The notes: generated by a model from the sequence alone, not told the origin. Positions 9,301 through 18,747 are shown, numbered from the stretch's first letter. The stretch: 64,000 nt of DNA from Chloroflexota bacterium (GCA_002719295.1 PBHC01000016.1:23533-87532); one strand, 5' to 3'. Made by a program: numbers and translations.

Positions 9301-10044
9301 ATGTTTGATCATGAAGGACTTTCAAAAGAATTTGAGTGGGTAACCAAAGAAAGTGAAAAAAACCATATAGGTGGAGCTATTTCTAAAACTTCGCTTGAAA
9401 TGCAAGAAATTTCTTATGCTCTTATTACTGGAGATAATAACTTAGTAGATGAACTTACAAAAAAAGCACTAGATAATGGATCTACTGCAAATGAAATACT
9501 TGATGATGGATTATTAAATGGAATGGCAATTGTAGGGGTTAAATTTAGAGACAATGTAATTTTTGTACCAGAAGTTCTAATATCAGCCAGAGCTATGAAA
9601 GCTGGAATGGCACACATTGAGCCAATATTATCTGAATCAGGAATTGAACCTCAAGGTATTGTATTAATGGGTACAGTCAAAGGAGATTTACATGATATCG
9701 GAAAGAATCTGTGCATAATGATGCTACGAGGCGCAGGATTTACTGTTCATGATTTGGGTGTTGATACCTCTCCTGAAGATTTTGTTGATGGCTTTGAAGA
9801 ACATGAACCCCAAGTAATAGGAATGTCTGCTCTTTTAACCACAACCATGCCTAATATGGGAAGAACTATACAGTATTTTGAAGATATTGGTTTGAGAGAA
9901 GACGTTAGAATGATGGTAGGCGGAGCCCCTGTCACTCAAGAATTTGCAGATGAAATGGGAGCAGACGGATATGGAGAGAGTGCTGTTGACGCTGTAGATA
10001 AAGCAAAGGAGCTTGTTGAGCTTCTAAAAGATCTAAAGAGCTAA
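9301..10044 (+). CDS. Corrinoid (B12-binding) protein, MtaC/MtbC/MttC-like, with cap domain
   Basis: Cap motif F-PEVL-ARAM, GTVKGDLHDIGKNL (DxHxxG), SALLTTTM, VGGAPV. Confidence 0.95.
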   Translation: MFDHEGLSKEFEWVTKESEKNHIGGAISKTSLEMQEISYALITGDNNLVDELTKKALDNGSTANEILDDGLLNGMAIVGVKFRDNVIFVPEVLISARAMKAGMAHIEPILSESGIEPQGIVLMGTVKGDLHDIGKNLCIMMLRGAGFTVHDLGVDTSPEDFVDGFEEHEPQVIGMSALLTTTMPNMGRTIQYFEDIGLREDVRMMVGGAPVTQEFADEMGADGYGESAVDAVDKAKELVELLKDLKS

Positions 10045-10051
10045 ATTAAAA

Positions 10052-10330
10052 ATGACTTATAAAAAGTCTAATTCAAATAATAAAAAAAGATTACAGAAGA
10101 GTTTAGATAACCTATATAATATTTTTCAAGATATATCTTCTCATGCTGATGAAATCAGTAAAACTAGATGTCCTTACAAAAATGCTAAAAATTTATGTAC
10201 GGCAAATTTTTCTTGCAGGAATCAGCATTTTACTGAAAAAAATATAGAACTCCCCTATTGTGTTGGTTCTCATAAATTAGATTATAGATTTGCATGGGAA
10301 GTAGATAAACCTATTAAAAAAAATGACTAG
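10052..10330 (+). CDS. Small Cys-rich hypothetical protein (Cx8Cx5Cx14C)
   Basis: 92-aa ORF between the corrinoid protein and the activator, overlapping the activator start. Confidence 0.75.
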   Translation: MTYKKSNSNNKKRLQKSLDNLYNIFQDISSHADEISKTRCPYKNAKNLCTANFSCRNQHFTEKNIELPYCVGSHKLDYRFAWEVDKPIKKND

Positions 10331-11954
10331 CAATAAATTTATTAATGACAAAGAATCTATAGAATTAACAAAAAATAAATCTCTGTTCGAGTATGCAGAT
10401 AAAGTTAAAATGAGAATTCCAACATCTTGTGGCCGGGTTGGTGATTGCCATGAGTGTATAGTTGAGGTGTCTGAAGGATATGAATTATTATCAAAACCAA
10501 CAGATCATGAATTTTTTTTAAAGGAACCATTTAGATTAGCATGTCAAGCTATCACTACTTCAACAGAAACTAATTTAATCTTTAGTCCTAGAAAAAGAGA
10601 TCGAAAAATTTTGACAAATTTTTCTAATGAATCTTCATACGAAGTAGATCATAACTATAGTTATCAAGATAATGCATTAATTTATAAGTCTGACAAAGAT
10701 GAAAAAGTTTTATCGAAATCTAAAAATTTCTATGGATTAGCTATTGATGTTGGAACTACCACGGTAGCAATTAATTTAGTTGATATTAATAATGGAAAAG
10801 TCATTATTACTTCCTCTTTTGAAAACCCTCAGATATTTGGAGGCTCAGATGTAATGAATAGAATCTCTTATGATTCAAGTAATTATAAAGGAGAGTTGTC
10901 AAAAGCTATCATATCTTCAGTAAATTTTGAAATAGGAGAGTTTGTTAAAAAGTTGAAAATCAGAAGAAATGAAATTGTTGAAGTTACTATTGTTGGAAAC
11001 TCAACAATGAGAGATTTGTTTTTTAGTTTAGATGTAGAACCAATTGGAGTTAAACCTTATAAATCAATAATTGAAACTAATTATTTAGATTCTAAAATAC
11101 CAACTACTGAATTATTTACTACTGCAAAGGATTTAAACTTAAGAATTAATTCACAAGCTATGATTTATAGCCCTCCTCTTATTGCTTCCCACATTGGATC
11201 TGATGTTTCTGCAGGTTTGATAGCTACTGATTTTTTTCTAAATAATAAGATGAAAATGTTAATAGATATTGGAACAAATACAGAAGTTGTTTTAGGAACT
11301 CCAGATAGAATGCTTGCTGCTTCATGTCCAGCTGGCCCCGCATTTGAGGGAGGGGAAATAACATATGGAATGCCAGGTTATGATGGAGCAATAGAGAAGG
11401 TAAATTTTGAAAAAAATAATTTTATATACCAAACTATAGGTAATTCAAAACCATTGGGTCTTTGTGGTTCTGGATTAATCGATTTTCTTTCAGTGCTAGT
11501 AGATAATAATATTATGAATCCGCTAGGTAAATTTGAACTTGAAAAAGAGTCTGTTTTTATTGATGATAATGAATCTATAAATTTATCTAGAAGAGATGTA
11601 TCTAGCCTAGCTCAAGCAAAAGCAGCCAATGTCTGTGGACAAGCTTTAGTTATAAAGGATTTTGGAACTAATATAGATGCTATTGATAACATTTATCTTG
11701 CTGGAGGTTTTGCAAATTATATAGATATTGAAAATGCAAGAAATATAGGGTTTATACTTGATTTCCCTTTAGAAAAAATAAAAAAAATAGGAAATACTGC
11801 TTTAGAAGGAGCTACAAAGTTATTATTATCAAATAAACTTAGGAAAAATCTTGTTGAATATGTGAAAAAAATAGATCACTTAGAACTTGAAACAAAAGCA
11901 GAGTTTTTTGATTATTTTGTTGAAGGTTGTCAATTTAAGAAAATTTCAATATAG
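10323..11954 (+). CDS. ATP-dependent reductive activator of corrinoid proteins (RamA/RACE/RACo, DUF4445, ASKHA fold) with N-terminal [2Fe-2S] domain
   Basis: CGRVGDCHEC...RLACQ ferredoxin motif, DVGTTT, NPQ-FGGSDVMNR, DIGTNTE, GPAFEG, GLCGSG, LAGGF. Confidence 0.92.
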   Translation: MTSNKFINDKESIELTKNKSLFEYADKVKMRIPTSCGRVGDCHECIVEVSEGYELLSKPTDHEFFLKEPFRLACQAITTSTETNLIFSPRKRDRKILTNFSNESSYEVDHNYSYQDNALIYKSDKDEKVLSKSKNFYGLAIDVGTTTVAINLVDINNGKVIITSSFENPQIFGGSDVMNRISYDSSNYKGELSKAIISSVNFEIGEFVKKLKIRRNEIVEVTIVGNSTMRDLFFSLDVEPIGVKPYKSIIETNYLDSKIPTTELFTTAKDLNLRINSQAMIYSPPLIASHIGSDVSAGLIATDFFLNNKMKMLIDIGTNTEVVLGTPDRMLAASCPAGPAFEGGEITYGMPGYDGAIEKVNFEKNNFIYQTIGNSKPLGLCGSGLIDFLSVLVDNNIMNPLGKFELEKESVFIDDNESINLSRRDVSSLAQAKAANVCGQALVIKDFGTNIDAIDNIYLAGGFANYIDIENARNIGFILDFPLEKIKKIGNTALEGATKLLLSNKLRKNLVEYVKKIDHLELETKAEFFDYFVEGCQFKKISI

Positions 11955-11962
11955 AGGGGAAT

Positions 11963-12952
11963 ATGAAATATAAAGCAGTAATTACAGATTATGTGTGGCC
12001 TAATCTTGATATCGAAACAAAAATTCTTAATGATAATAATATAGAGGTTGTTGATTGTAAAAATAAAAACGATCAAGAACTCATGAATGAATTGAAAGAT
12101 GCTGATGCTATTCTTTTTTGCTTTAGAGAAGTACCTGCGGAATTTCTTGAAGTATCTACAAAATGTAAGGTTGCATCAAGATATGGAATTGGTGTAGATA
12201 ATATAGATATAAAAAAATGTACAGAATTAGGCATTGTTGTAACGAATATTCCTGATTATTGTTTAGAAGAAGTATCAGATCATGCAATAGCTATGATCCT
12301 TAGTTTAAATAGAAGAATAAATGATCATTCAAATATGGTAAAAAAAGGTGGATGGAATGATCTAAATTTAAACATACCTGTTCAAAGACTTAGTGAATCA
12401 ACTTTAGGGATTGTTGGGTTTGGAAGAATAGGCAGAACTATTGCTTCAAGGGTATCTGCTTTAGGTATAAAGTCTGTGGCATTCGATCCTTTATTACAAC
12501 CAGGAAAAATAATTGATAACGTAGAAATCGTATCTTTTGAAAATTTATTGAAAGATTCTGATTTTATTACAGTTCATGTCCCGTTGAATGAAAAAACACA
12601 TCATCTTTTCTCTGAAAATGAATTTAATCAAATGAAAAATAACGCAATTCTAGTTAACTGTGCAAGAGGAGGATTGATTGATGAAAATGCAGCCTCAAAA
12701 GCACTTTCAAAAGGTCAAATAGGAGGAGTTGGATTAGATGTTATTGAAGATACTTCTAATTCTCCTTCAAGCCCTCTATTTAATAATGAAAATGTGATAA
12801 TTACTCCACATACAGCTTTTTTCTCTAAAGCCTCAGGTGAAGAACTCCAAAAAAGGACAGCAGAAGAAATTGTTAGAGTTATAAATAATGACAAACCTGA
12901 AAATTTTATTAACCCTGAAGTTTTAGGAAACACTAGGTCTAATATAAGTTAA
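11963..12952 (+). CDS. D-2-hydroxyacid dehydrogenase, CtBP-like
   Basis: RYGIGVDNID, PDYCLEEVSDH, GFGRIG, NCARG, TPHTA. Confidence 0.9.
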   Translation: MKYKAVITDYVWPNLDIETKILNDNNIEVVDCKNKNDQELMNELKDADAILFCFREVPAEFLEVSTKCKVASRYGIGVDNIDIKKCTELGIVVTNIPDYCLEEVSDHAIAMILSLNRRINDHSNMVKKGGWNDLNLNIPVQRLSESTLGIVGFGRIGRTIASRVSALGIKSVAFDPLLQPGKIIDNVEIVSFENLLKDSDFITVHVPLNEKTHHLFSENEFNQMKNNAILVNCARGGLIDENAASKALSKGQIGGVGLDVIEDTSNSPSSPLFNNENVIITPHTAFFSKASGEELQKRTAEEIVRVINNDKPENFINPEVLGNTRSNIS

Positions 12953-14109
12953 TTTTCTAGAGTCATTTGCCCTTGGTTATCCTCAGATTTTTTGTTTAAA
13001 ATTTGTTCGTCTATTACTTCTTCAATTATTGATACATCAAGAGCTTTATCAGGGTTTTTATCAAGTTGTGTTTCAAGATCCTTAACTGTACTAAATTTTT
13101 TATCTAATGCTTTTCTTCTTCTTCCTTCCAAATATTCAAAATGAGTCGTTGCTGTTTTTAATGCTCTGCTAACAACTGACTGTTCTTCAACATAATTATC
13201 CCATTCTTTTTTTAGTTCATCTAAAATAGTCATGATTTGATTTTGGTTTTCTCCTATAGTTACAACTTTCATAAATTCTTTTATAACTCCCACAACTAAG
13301 AGTAAATTTCCAGGAGAAGTTATAGTAACTTTTTTACTCTGTGCATATTGAATTAGATCCATTCTTTTCTCGTATATAAATGAGAGAATATGATCACTAG
13401 GAACAAAAACAATTACGTTATCAAGAGTATTTTCTTTTGTATTAATATACTTATTTCCAACTTCATCAATTATTCTTTTTAGAGAATCAAAAAATTTTTT
13501 CTCCCTATTCTGTATATCAACTATTTCATTATCTTCATCCATAAGAGGTTGGAAATATTCCCATACAAACTTTGAATCCATATGTATTACTTTGCCATCA
13601 GGTAGATTTATTGTGAAATCAGGTCTGGTACCATTTTCTAGTACTTGTTGGGTTTCATACTGGACACCCTTAATAAATCCTGCGCTTCTAAAAATATCTT
13701 CAGCCATAAGTTCTCCAAGTTGTCCTCTGGTTTGACTTCCAGATAGGACATTTGTAAGTTTGCTAAATTCATCTTTAGCTATATTTATCGCTTCTTCTGT
13801 ACTTTTATTTTGTTTTCTTAATAGATCATTTGTAGTAACAAGCTTAACTGTTTCCTGCATAGTTTTATCGTATTGTCTTGTCATCAAATCTTTTACTGTT
13901 TGTAAATCTTTATTAAACTTTTCATCTTTTTCAGAAAGCAATTCTTTTACCTTACTTTGAACTCCCTCTTTTGTTTCATCTGCAAATTCTTTAAATTTTA
14001 ACCCTGAAAAATATTTTGAAAATCTAATAAAGAATAGTATTGAGATTCCTGCTAGTGAAAAAATTAGGATTATTAACAAAAAAATTATAGTTAAATTGAA
14101 TGCATTCAT
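12949..14109 (-). CDS. rmuC: DNA recombination protein RmuC
   Basis: N-terminal TM helix, coiled coil, RGQLGE, RPDFTINLP, DSKF, FVPSD. Confidence 0.88.
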   Translation of the reverse strand: MNAFNLTIIFLLIILIFSLAGISILFFIRFSKYFSGLKFKEFADETKEGVQSKVKELLSEKDEKFNKDLQTVKDLMTRQYDKTMQETVKLVTTNDLLRKQNKSTEEAINIAKDEFSKLTNVLSGSQTRGQLGELMAEDIFRSAGFIKGVQYETQQVLENGTRPDFTINLPDGKVIHMDSKFVWEYFQPLMDEDNEIVDIQNREKKFFDSLKRIIDEVGNKYINTKENTLDNVIVFVPSDHILSFIYEKRMDLIQYAQSKKVTITSPGNLLLVVGVIKEFMKVVTIGENQNQIMTILDELKKEWDNYVEEQSVVSRALKTATTHFEYLEGRRRKALDKKFSTVKDLETQLDKNPDKALDVSIIEEVIDEQILNKKSEDNQGQMTLEN

Positions 14110-14224
14110 AAAGTTATTCTAAATCATCGTATAAGATAATTTTAGAGTTTTTATATAAAATAAGTCAAATTACATTTTTGCTTGTTATAACGATTAAGTG
14201 GAATATATAAGTTAGAATATAACT

Positions 14225-15379
14225 ATGCTAGAAAAAACTCCTGATTATAGAGAATATTTTAATATTGACGATAATATTTCTTACTTAAATAGTGCTTATA
14301 TGGGTTTATTGCCTAAAAGTTCCGTTCAAAAAGGTAATTATGGTTTTGAATTAAAATCTAAATCATGGGAAATACAATGGAATGATTTTTACGACAAACC
14401 TGAAAATACGAGAAAATTATTTTCTAAATTAATTAATGCAGATAATGATTCAGTCTTTTTCGTTCCTTCTGCAAGTTATGGTTTTTCAGTATTTGCTAAT
14501 AACTTTAAATTAGACCATCGTAAAACAATCTTGCTTCTGGAGGAAGAATTCCCTTCAAATGTATGGATATGGAAAGAGCTCGCAAAAAATCAAAATGGTA
14601 ATGTAAAGTTTGTTCGAAGACCTGATGATGATGATTGGACATCTGCTATCTTGAATGACTTAAATGCTGATACTGCTTTAGTATCTGTTCCAAATTGTCA
14701 CTGGACGGATGGAGGATTAATTAATTTAGAAATACTTTCTAAAGAATTAAGAGAAAAAAATATTTCACTAGCAATTGATGGAACTCAATCAGTTGGGGTA
14801 ATGCCTATAGATTTACAGAAAATTAAACCTGATTTTATGGTTGTATCTGGATATAAGTGGTGTTTAGGTCCTTATAGTTTGGGCTTAGCTTACATAGATA
14901 GTAAATACCATTCAGGAGAACCTATTGAATATAATTGGTTATCAAAATTACCAATGCCTGCAGATAGCAAGTTTCCTGACATGACTGCTTATGATGAATT
15001 TGAGTTTGAAAATGCTAGAAAATTTGATTTTGGACAGAGAGGTAATTTTCATTTAATTCCAGCTTTAGAATCATCATTGCAATTGATAACAAATATAGGA
15101 CCTGAAAATATCTATAAATATGTTGATAACCTAAATGAGGAAATCATAAAATCTACTTCAGAAATGGGATTTTCTAATATTGTTAGAAATCTTAGAGCGA
15201 GGCACTATCTTGGGTTAAGATTTGAAAATGAAATCCCAAATAATTTTGTTGAAAATTTAGCTAAAGAAAATGTATTCATAAGTGCTAGGGGGAAAAAAGC
15301 AATTAGAGTTACACCACATATATGGAATAATCTAAATGATATAGATAAATTTTTAAATGCCTTGAAGAGAGTTTTATAA
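14225..15379 (+). CDS. PLP-dependent aminotransferase class V fold enzyme (kynureninase/C-S lyase-like)
   Basis: YLNSAYMG, EFPSN, DGTQSVG, PLP lysine in SGYKWCLGP, IRVTPH. Confidence 0.88.
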   Translation: MLEKTPDYREYFNIDDNISYLNSAYMGLLPKSSVQKGNYGFELKSKSWEIQWNDFYDKPENTRKLFSKLINADNDSVFFVPSASYGFSVFANNFKLDHRKTILLLEEEFPSNVWIWKELAKNQNGNVKFVRRPDDDDWTSAILNDLNADTALVSVPNCHWTDGGLINLEILSKELREKNISLAIDGTQSVGVMPIDLQKIKPDFMVVSGYKWCLGPYSLGLAYIDSKYHSGEPIEYNWLSKLPMPADSKFPDMTAYDEFEFENARKFDFGQRGNFHLIPALESSLQLITNIGPENIYKYVDNLNEEIIKSTSEMGFSNIVRNLRARHYLGLRFENEIPNNFVENLAKENVFISARGKKAIRVTPHIWNNLNDIDKFLNALKRVL

Positions 15380-15380
15380 C

Positions 15381-16310
15381 ATGACAATTATTATTACAGA
15401 AGATCAAGTAAAAGAAATATTAAGTGTAGACACTACGGTAGATTTATTAGAAGAAGCTATGAAGTCTATTTCTTCAGGAAAAGGCTTCAATAGCCCTCGT
15501 AAAAGGCTTCCTACTAGTTATAACGGAGGAAACTTACATTTTATGGCAGCATCATGGCCAGAAAAAGGAATAGCTGGGCATAAGAGCTATGTTGTGACAA
15601 AAGGGAAAGCATCTTTTGTAGTAATTCTTTACTCTACTGAAGGAGAAGGAATGTTAGCAGTTATTGAAGGTAATTTATTAGGACAAATAAGAACAGGTGC
15701 TGCATCAGGTCTTGCTTCAAAATATTTAGCCAATCCTAATTCTAAAAAATTAGCCGTTATTGGATCAGGTTTTCAAGCCGAAACTCAACTTGAAGCAATA
15801 AATTCACAATTCAATTTAGAGAAAGTAAAAGTTTATTCAAGAACAAAAGAAAAACGAAATTCATTCGCAGAAAAAATGAGTAATAAATTAAGTCTGAATA
15901 TTCAAGCCTTTGAATCTTCTGAAGAAGCAACTGATAATTGTGATATTGTTTCGCTAATTACTAATTCAAGCACTCCTGTTATCTCAGAAGATCAAATCAC
16001 TAAAGGAGTTCACATTAATGCTGCTGGTGGTAATAGTTGGTTGAGATCAGAATTACCTTCTAGCTCAATTGAAAAATTTGATTTTATTTCATGTGATGAT
16101 TTAAATCAGGCTAAAACTGAATGTAAAGAGCTAATGGAAGCGACAGAAAAAGGTATTACTTCATGGAATAATATCCATGAATTATCTGATGTAATAGATA
16201 ATAAAATTATTGGGCGAAAAAATCATCAAGACATAACTTTGTATGAATCTTTAGGTATAGCTATTCAGGACATTGCAGCTGCTAAATATGTATATGACCA
16301 ACTTATATAA
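15381..16310 (+). CDS. Ornithine cyclodeaminase / mu-crystallin family protein (imine reductase-like)
   Basis: RTGAASG, IGSGFQA, HINAAG, ESLGIAIQD. Confidence 0.9.
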   Translation: MTIIITEDQVKEILSVDTTVDLLEEAMKSISSGKGFNSPRKRLPTSYNGGNLHFMAASWPEKGIAGHKSYVVTKGKASFVVILYSTEGEGMLAVIEGNLLGQIRTGAASGLASKYLANPNSKKLAVIGSGFQAETQLEAINSQFNLEKVKVYSRTKEKRNSFAEKMSNKLSLNIQAFESSEEATDNCDIVSLITNSSTPVISEDQITKGVHINAAGGNSWLRSELPSSSIEKFDFISCDDLNQAKTECKELMEATEKGITSWNNIHELSDVIDNKIIGRKNHQDITLYESLGIAIQDIAAAKYVYDQLI

Positions 16311-16324
16311 TCCTACTAAATCAA

Positions 16325-16921
16325 TTATTCATTTAAGTTTATAAATTCTTTTTGTGTAACTTTTTTTAGAGAATTAAGTTCAGAATTATTACTTATTATT
16401 AAATAAGAAATATTATCCTTATTAAGTTTTTTGACCATCTCATTTATATCATTTTGATAATTCAATATAGTTTCAAAATGATTTTCTGATAAATTTCTGT
16501 TTTTAAGAACTCTTATTTTGGATAATTCAACTTTTGAATCAACAATCCATATGAAATCAAATAGTTTATGCCATCCAGCTTCTATGATTAATGCGCCTTC
16601 AAATATAATTAGTTTTGAGGTGTTCTCAATTTTATTGAAAATATATTTCTCTACTGCTGGCCAAATTATTTCTTGTAAAATCTTAAGCTTTTCTGGATTA
16701 TTAAAAACTGTTTGACCTAATTTATTCGTGTCTATTTCATCATCTTTAGATTTTACATGTGGAAATATCTCTAAAACTTTATTTTTAATATTAGTGTCTG
16801 TTGTATAAAAGTTTTTAGCAATTTCATCTAAGTCATATGTAGTATTTCCCATTTCTTTGAGAAATTTTAATACTGTAGATTTTCCACTTCCTATATTTCC
16901 TGTTATTCCAAGTGATTTCAT
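16325..16921 (-). CDS. coaE: Dephospho-CoA kinase
   Basis: GITGNIGSGKST P-loop, D-D-IA, LGQTVF. Confidence 0.9.
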   Translation of the reverse strand: MKSLGITGNIGSGKSTVLKFLKEMGNTTYDLDEIAKNFYTTDTNIKNKVLEIFPHVKSKDDEIDTNKLGQTVFNNPEKLKILQEIIWPAVEKYIFNKIENTSKLIIFEGALIIEAGWHKLFDFIWIVDSKVELSKIRVLKNRNLSENHFETILNYQNDINEMVKKLNKDNISYLIISNNSELNSLKKVTQKEFINLNE

Positions 16922-17009
16922 AATTATTAAATCAGGTTTTTAATTCAACATGTGATTTTTTTTTATATTTAATATCATAATAAAAATACCCCCAGAGGTC
17001 TGAGCAATT

Positions 17010-17045
17010 AAATAAGAGGCCCTAATTATTTAGGGCTTTTTATTT
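17010..17045. terminator. Intrinsic terminator-like hairpin, possibly bidirectional
   Basis: GCCCTAA-TTAT-TTAGGGC stem followed by TTTTTATTT on the + strand; lies directly after the stop of the minus-strand gene at 17044. Confidence 0.7.
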
Positions 17046-17367
17046 AGAGACCTCTTTCCTTCAATTTATCTTCAGTTACTACCTCATGAAATTCAATTTC
17101 ATATTTGTCTATATTATCCTGTAATTCTTCAGATAATTTATTCCTGATTTTATCAGGTACATTCCCAAAAGCATTTGCTTCTAATTTTTCTTGAGTCCAT
17201 TCTGCACAAACAGAATAATCCTCTGAAGGAGTCCCCCATCCAGATACGTATATTGTAGCCTCTCCTCTTCCCTTTTCTTCATATTCTGAACATATCTGCT
17301 TTAACAAACTTGCAACTTTCCATAACTTGTCTCTTGATGTAATACATTTTCTTCTTACTAAGAACAT
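17044..17367 (-). CDS. Hypothetical protein (107 aa)
   Basis: ATG at 17367 preceded by AAGGAG RBS; ends at the hairpin. Confidence 0.8.
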   Translation of the reverse strand: MFLVRRKCITSRDKLWKVASLLKQICSEYEEKGRGEATIYVSGWGTPSEDYSVCAEWTQEKLEANAFGNVPDKIRNKLSEELQDNIDKYEIEFHEVVTEDKLKERGL

Positions 17368-17399
17368 TTTGACTCCTTTCTTTGATATAAAATGACTAA

Positions 17400-18239
17400 A
17401 TGCCATTAATAATTATCATCACAGTTATAATCTCTACCTTCATACATGCTACATGGAATTTTTTAATAAAAAAATCTAACCACCCTTATGAATATGTTCA
17501 ATTATTAGCAGTTATAAGTGGTATTATTTCCTTCCCTTTTGCTCTAGCTTTTATTTTTACAGATAATTTCACATTTTCTGGAATTATTCTAAGTATTTTG
17601 TCTGGATTAATTCATGTATTTTATTTTTATTTTTTAGGAACAGCTTATAAAAATGGAGATTTGTCATTTGTTTATCCTATTGCTAGAGGAACTGCTGTAG
17701 CTCTCGTTCCTGTAGCAGGATTTTTTATTATTAATGAATCCATTTCTTCAATTTCATTATTTGGTGTATTTGTAGTTTTTATTGGAATTTTTACACTTGG
17801 AAATATAGCGCACATCCGTTCTGTGAACTTAAATGATCTTTTCTTATCACTTATTACAGGAATTACAGTAACTATGTATACCATTGTTGATAAATATGCA
17901 GTGTCTATGATAAATCCATTTTTTGTATTTTCAATTTCATCATTTTTAGGAGGATTTTTGTCTATTACTTTATTTGATAGGCGTATAAATCATTTTTATC
18001 TAATAACTAAAAATAATCTAAGAATTGTACTAGTTATCTCTTTTTTAAGTGCCATTGCTTATCCGATGGTTCTTTATGCCTATAAATATTCTGATGTATC
18101 ACTTGTTTCTCCATTAAGAGAAATTTCTACAGCAATAGCTGCAGTTATGGGGATTGTTTTATTAAAAGAAAAACTGAGTCTTTATAAAGTTCTAGGGATT
18201 TCGCTAATAGTTATTGGAGCTATATTGATTACTATATAA
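17400..18239 (+). CDS. EamA/DMT family transporter
   Basis: About 10 TM helices, HATWN, GDLSFVYPIARG, YTIVDK, SPLRE. Confidence 0.9.
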   Translation: MPLIIIITVIISTFIHATWNFLIKKSNHPYEYVQLLAVISGIISFPFALAFIFTDNFTFSGIILSILSGLIHVFYFYFLGTAYKNGDLSFVYPIARGTAVALVPVAGFFIINESISSISLFGVFVVFIGIFTLGNIAHIRSVNLNDLFLSLITGITVTMYTIVDKYAVSMINPFFVFSISSFLGGFLSITLFDRRINHFYLITKNNLRIVLVISFLSAIAYPMVLYAYKYSDVSLVSPLREISTAIAAVMGIVLLKEKLSLYKVLGISLIVIGAILITI

Positions 18240-18240
18240 T

Positions 18241-18747
18241 TTATTTTTCTTCTATTTCAATAGAATTTATCATATCTCCAGGATTAGGATCACTCATTGG
18301 ATCTCTTTCCCTTATGCTTAAAACAACTTCCATACTTTTTTTATCTAAGACTTTCCCAAATACAGTGTGTGCACCATCAAGATGTGGTGTTGGAGCATGT
18401 GTAATGAAAAATTGAGACCCGTTTGTTCCTGGCCCAGCATTTGCCATAGATAATATACCTTCTGAATCATGTTTTAATGATGAAACAAATTCATCTTCAA
18501 ATTGATATCCAGGTCCTCCAGAGCCAGTCCCTGTTGGATCTCCTCCTTGAACCATAAAACCAGGTATTACTCTATGAAAAGTTGTTTCATTGTAGTAACC
18601 AGCATTAGCAAGATTTATAAAATTTTCACATGTAATTGGTGTTTGGTCTGAGTATAAATGAATAATTATCTCACCTTTTTCAGTTTTAATTTTTGCTTTA
18701 TATGTTTTTGAAGTATCTAAGTTTCCTTTGGGAGGTTCTAAATTCAT
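18241..18747 (-). CDS. Cyclophilin-type peptidyl-prolyl cis-trans isomerase
   Basis: [43 protein letters not shown]. Confidence 0.96.
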   Translation of the reverse strand: MNLEPPKGNLDTSKTYKAKIKTEKGEIIIHLYSDQTPITCENFINLANAGYYNETTFHRVIPGFMVQGGDPTGTGSGGPGYQFEDEFVSSLKHDSEGILSMANAGPGTNGSQFFITHAPTPHLDGAHTVFGKVLDKKSMEVVLSIRERDPMSDPNPGDMINSIEIEEK

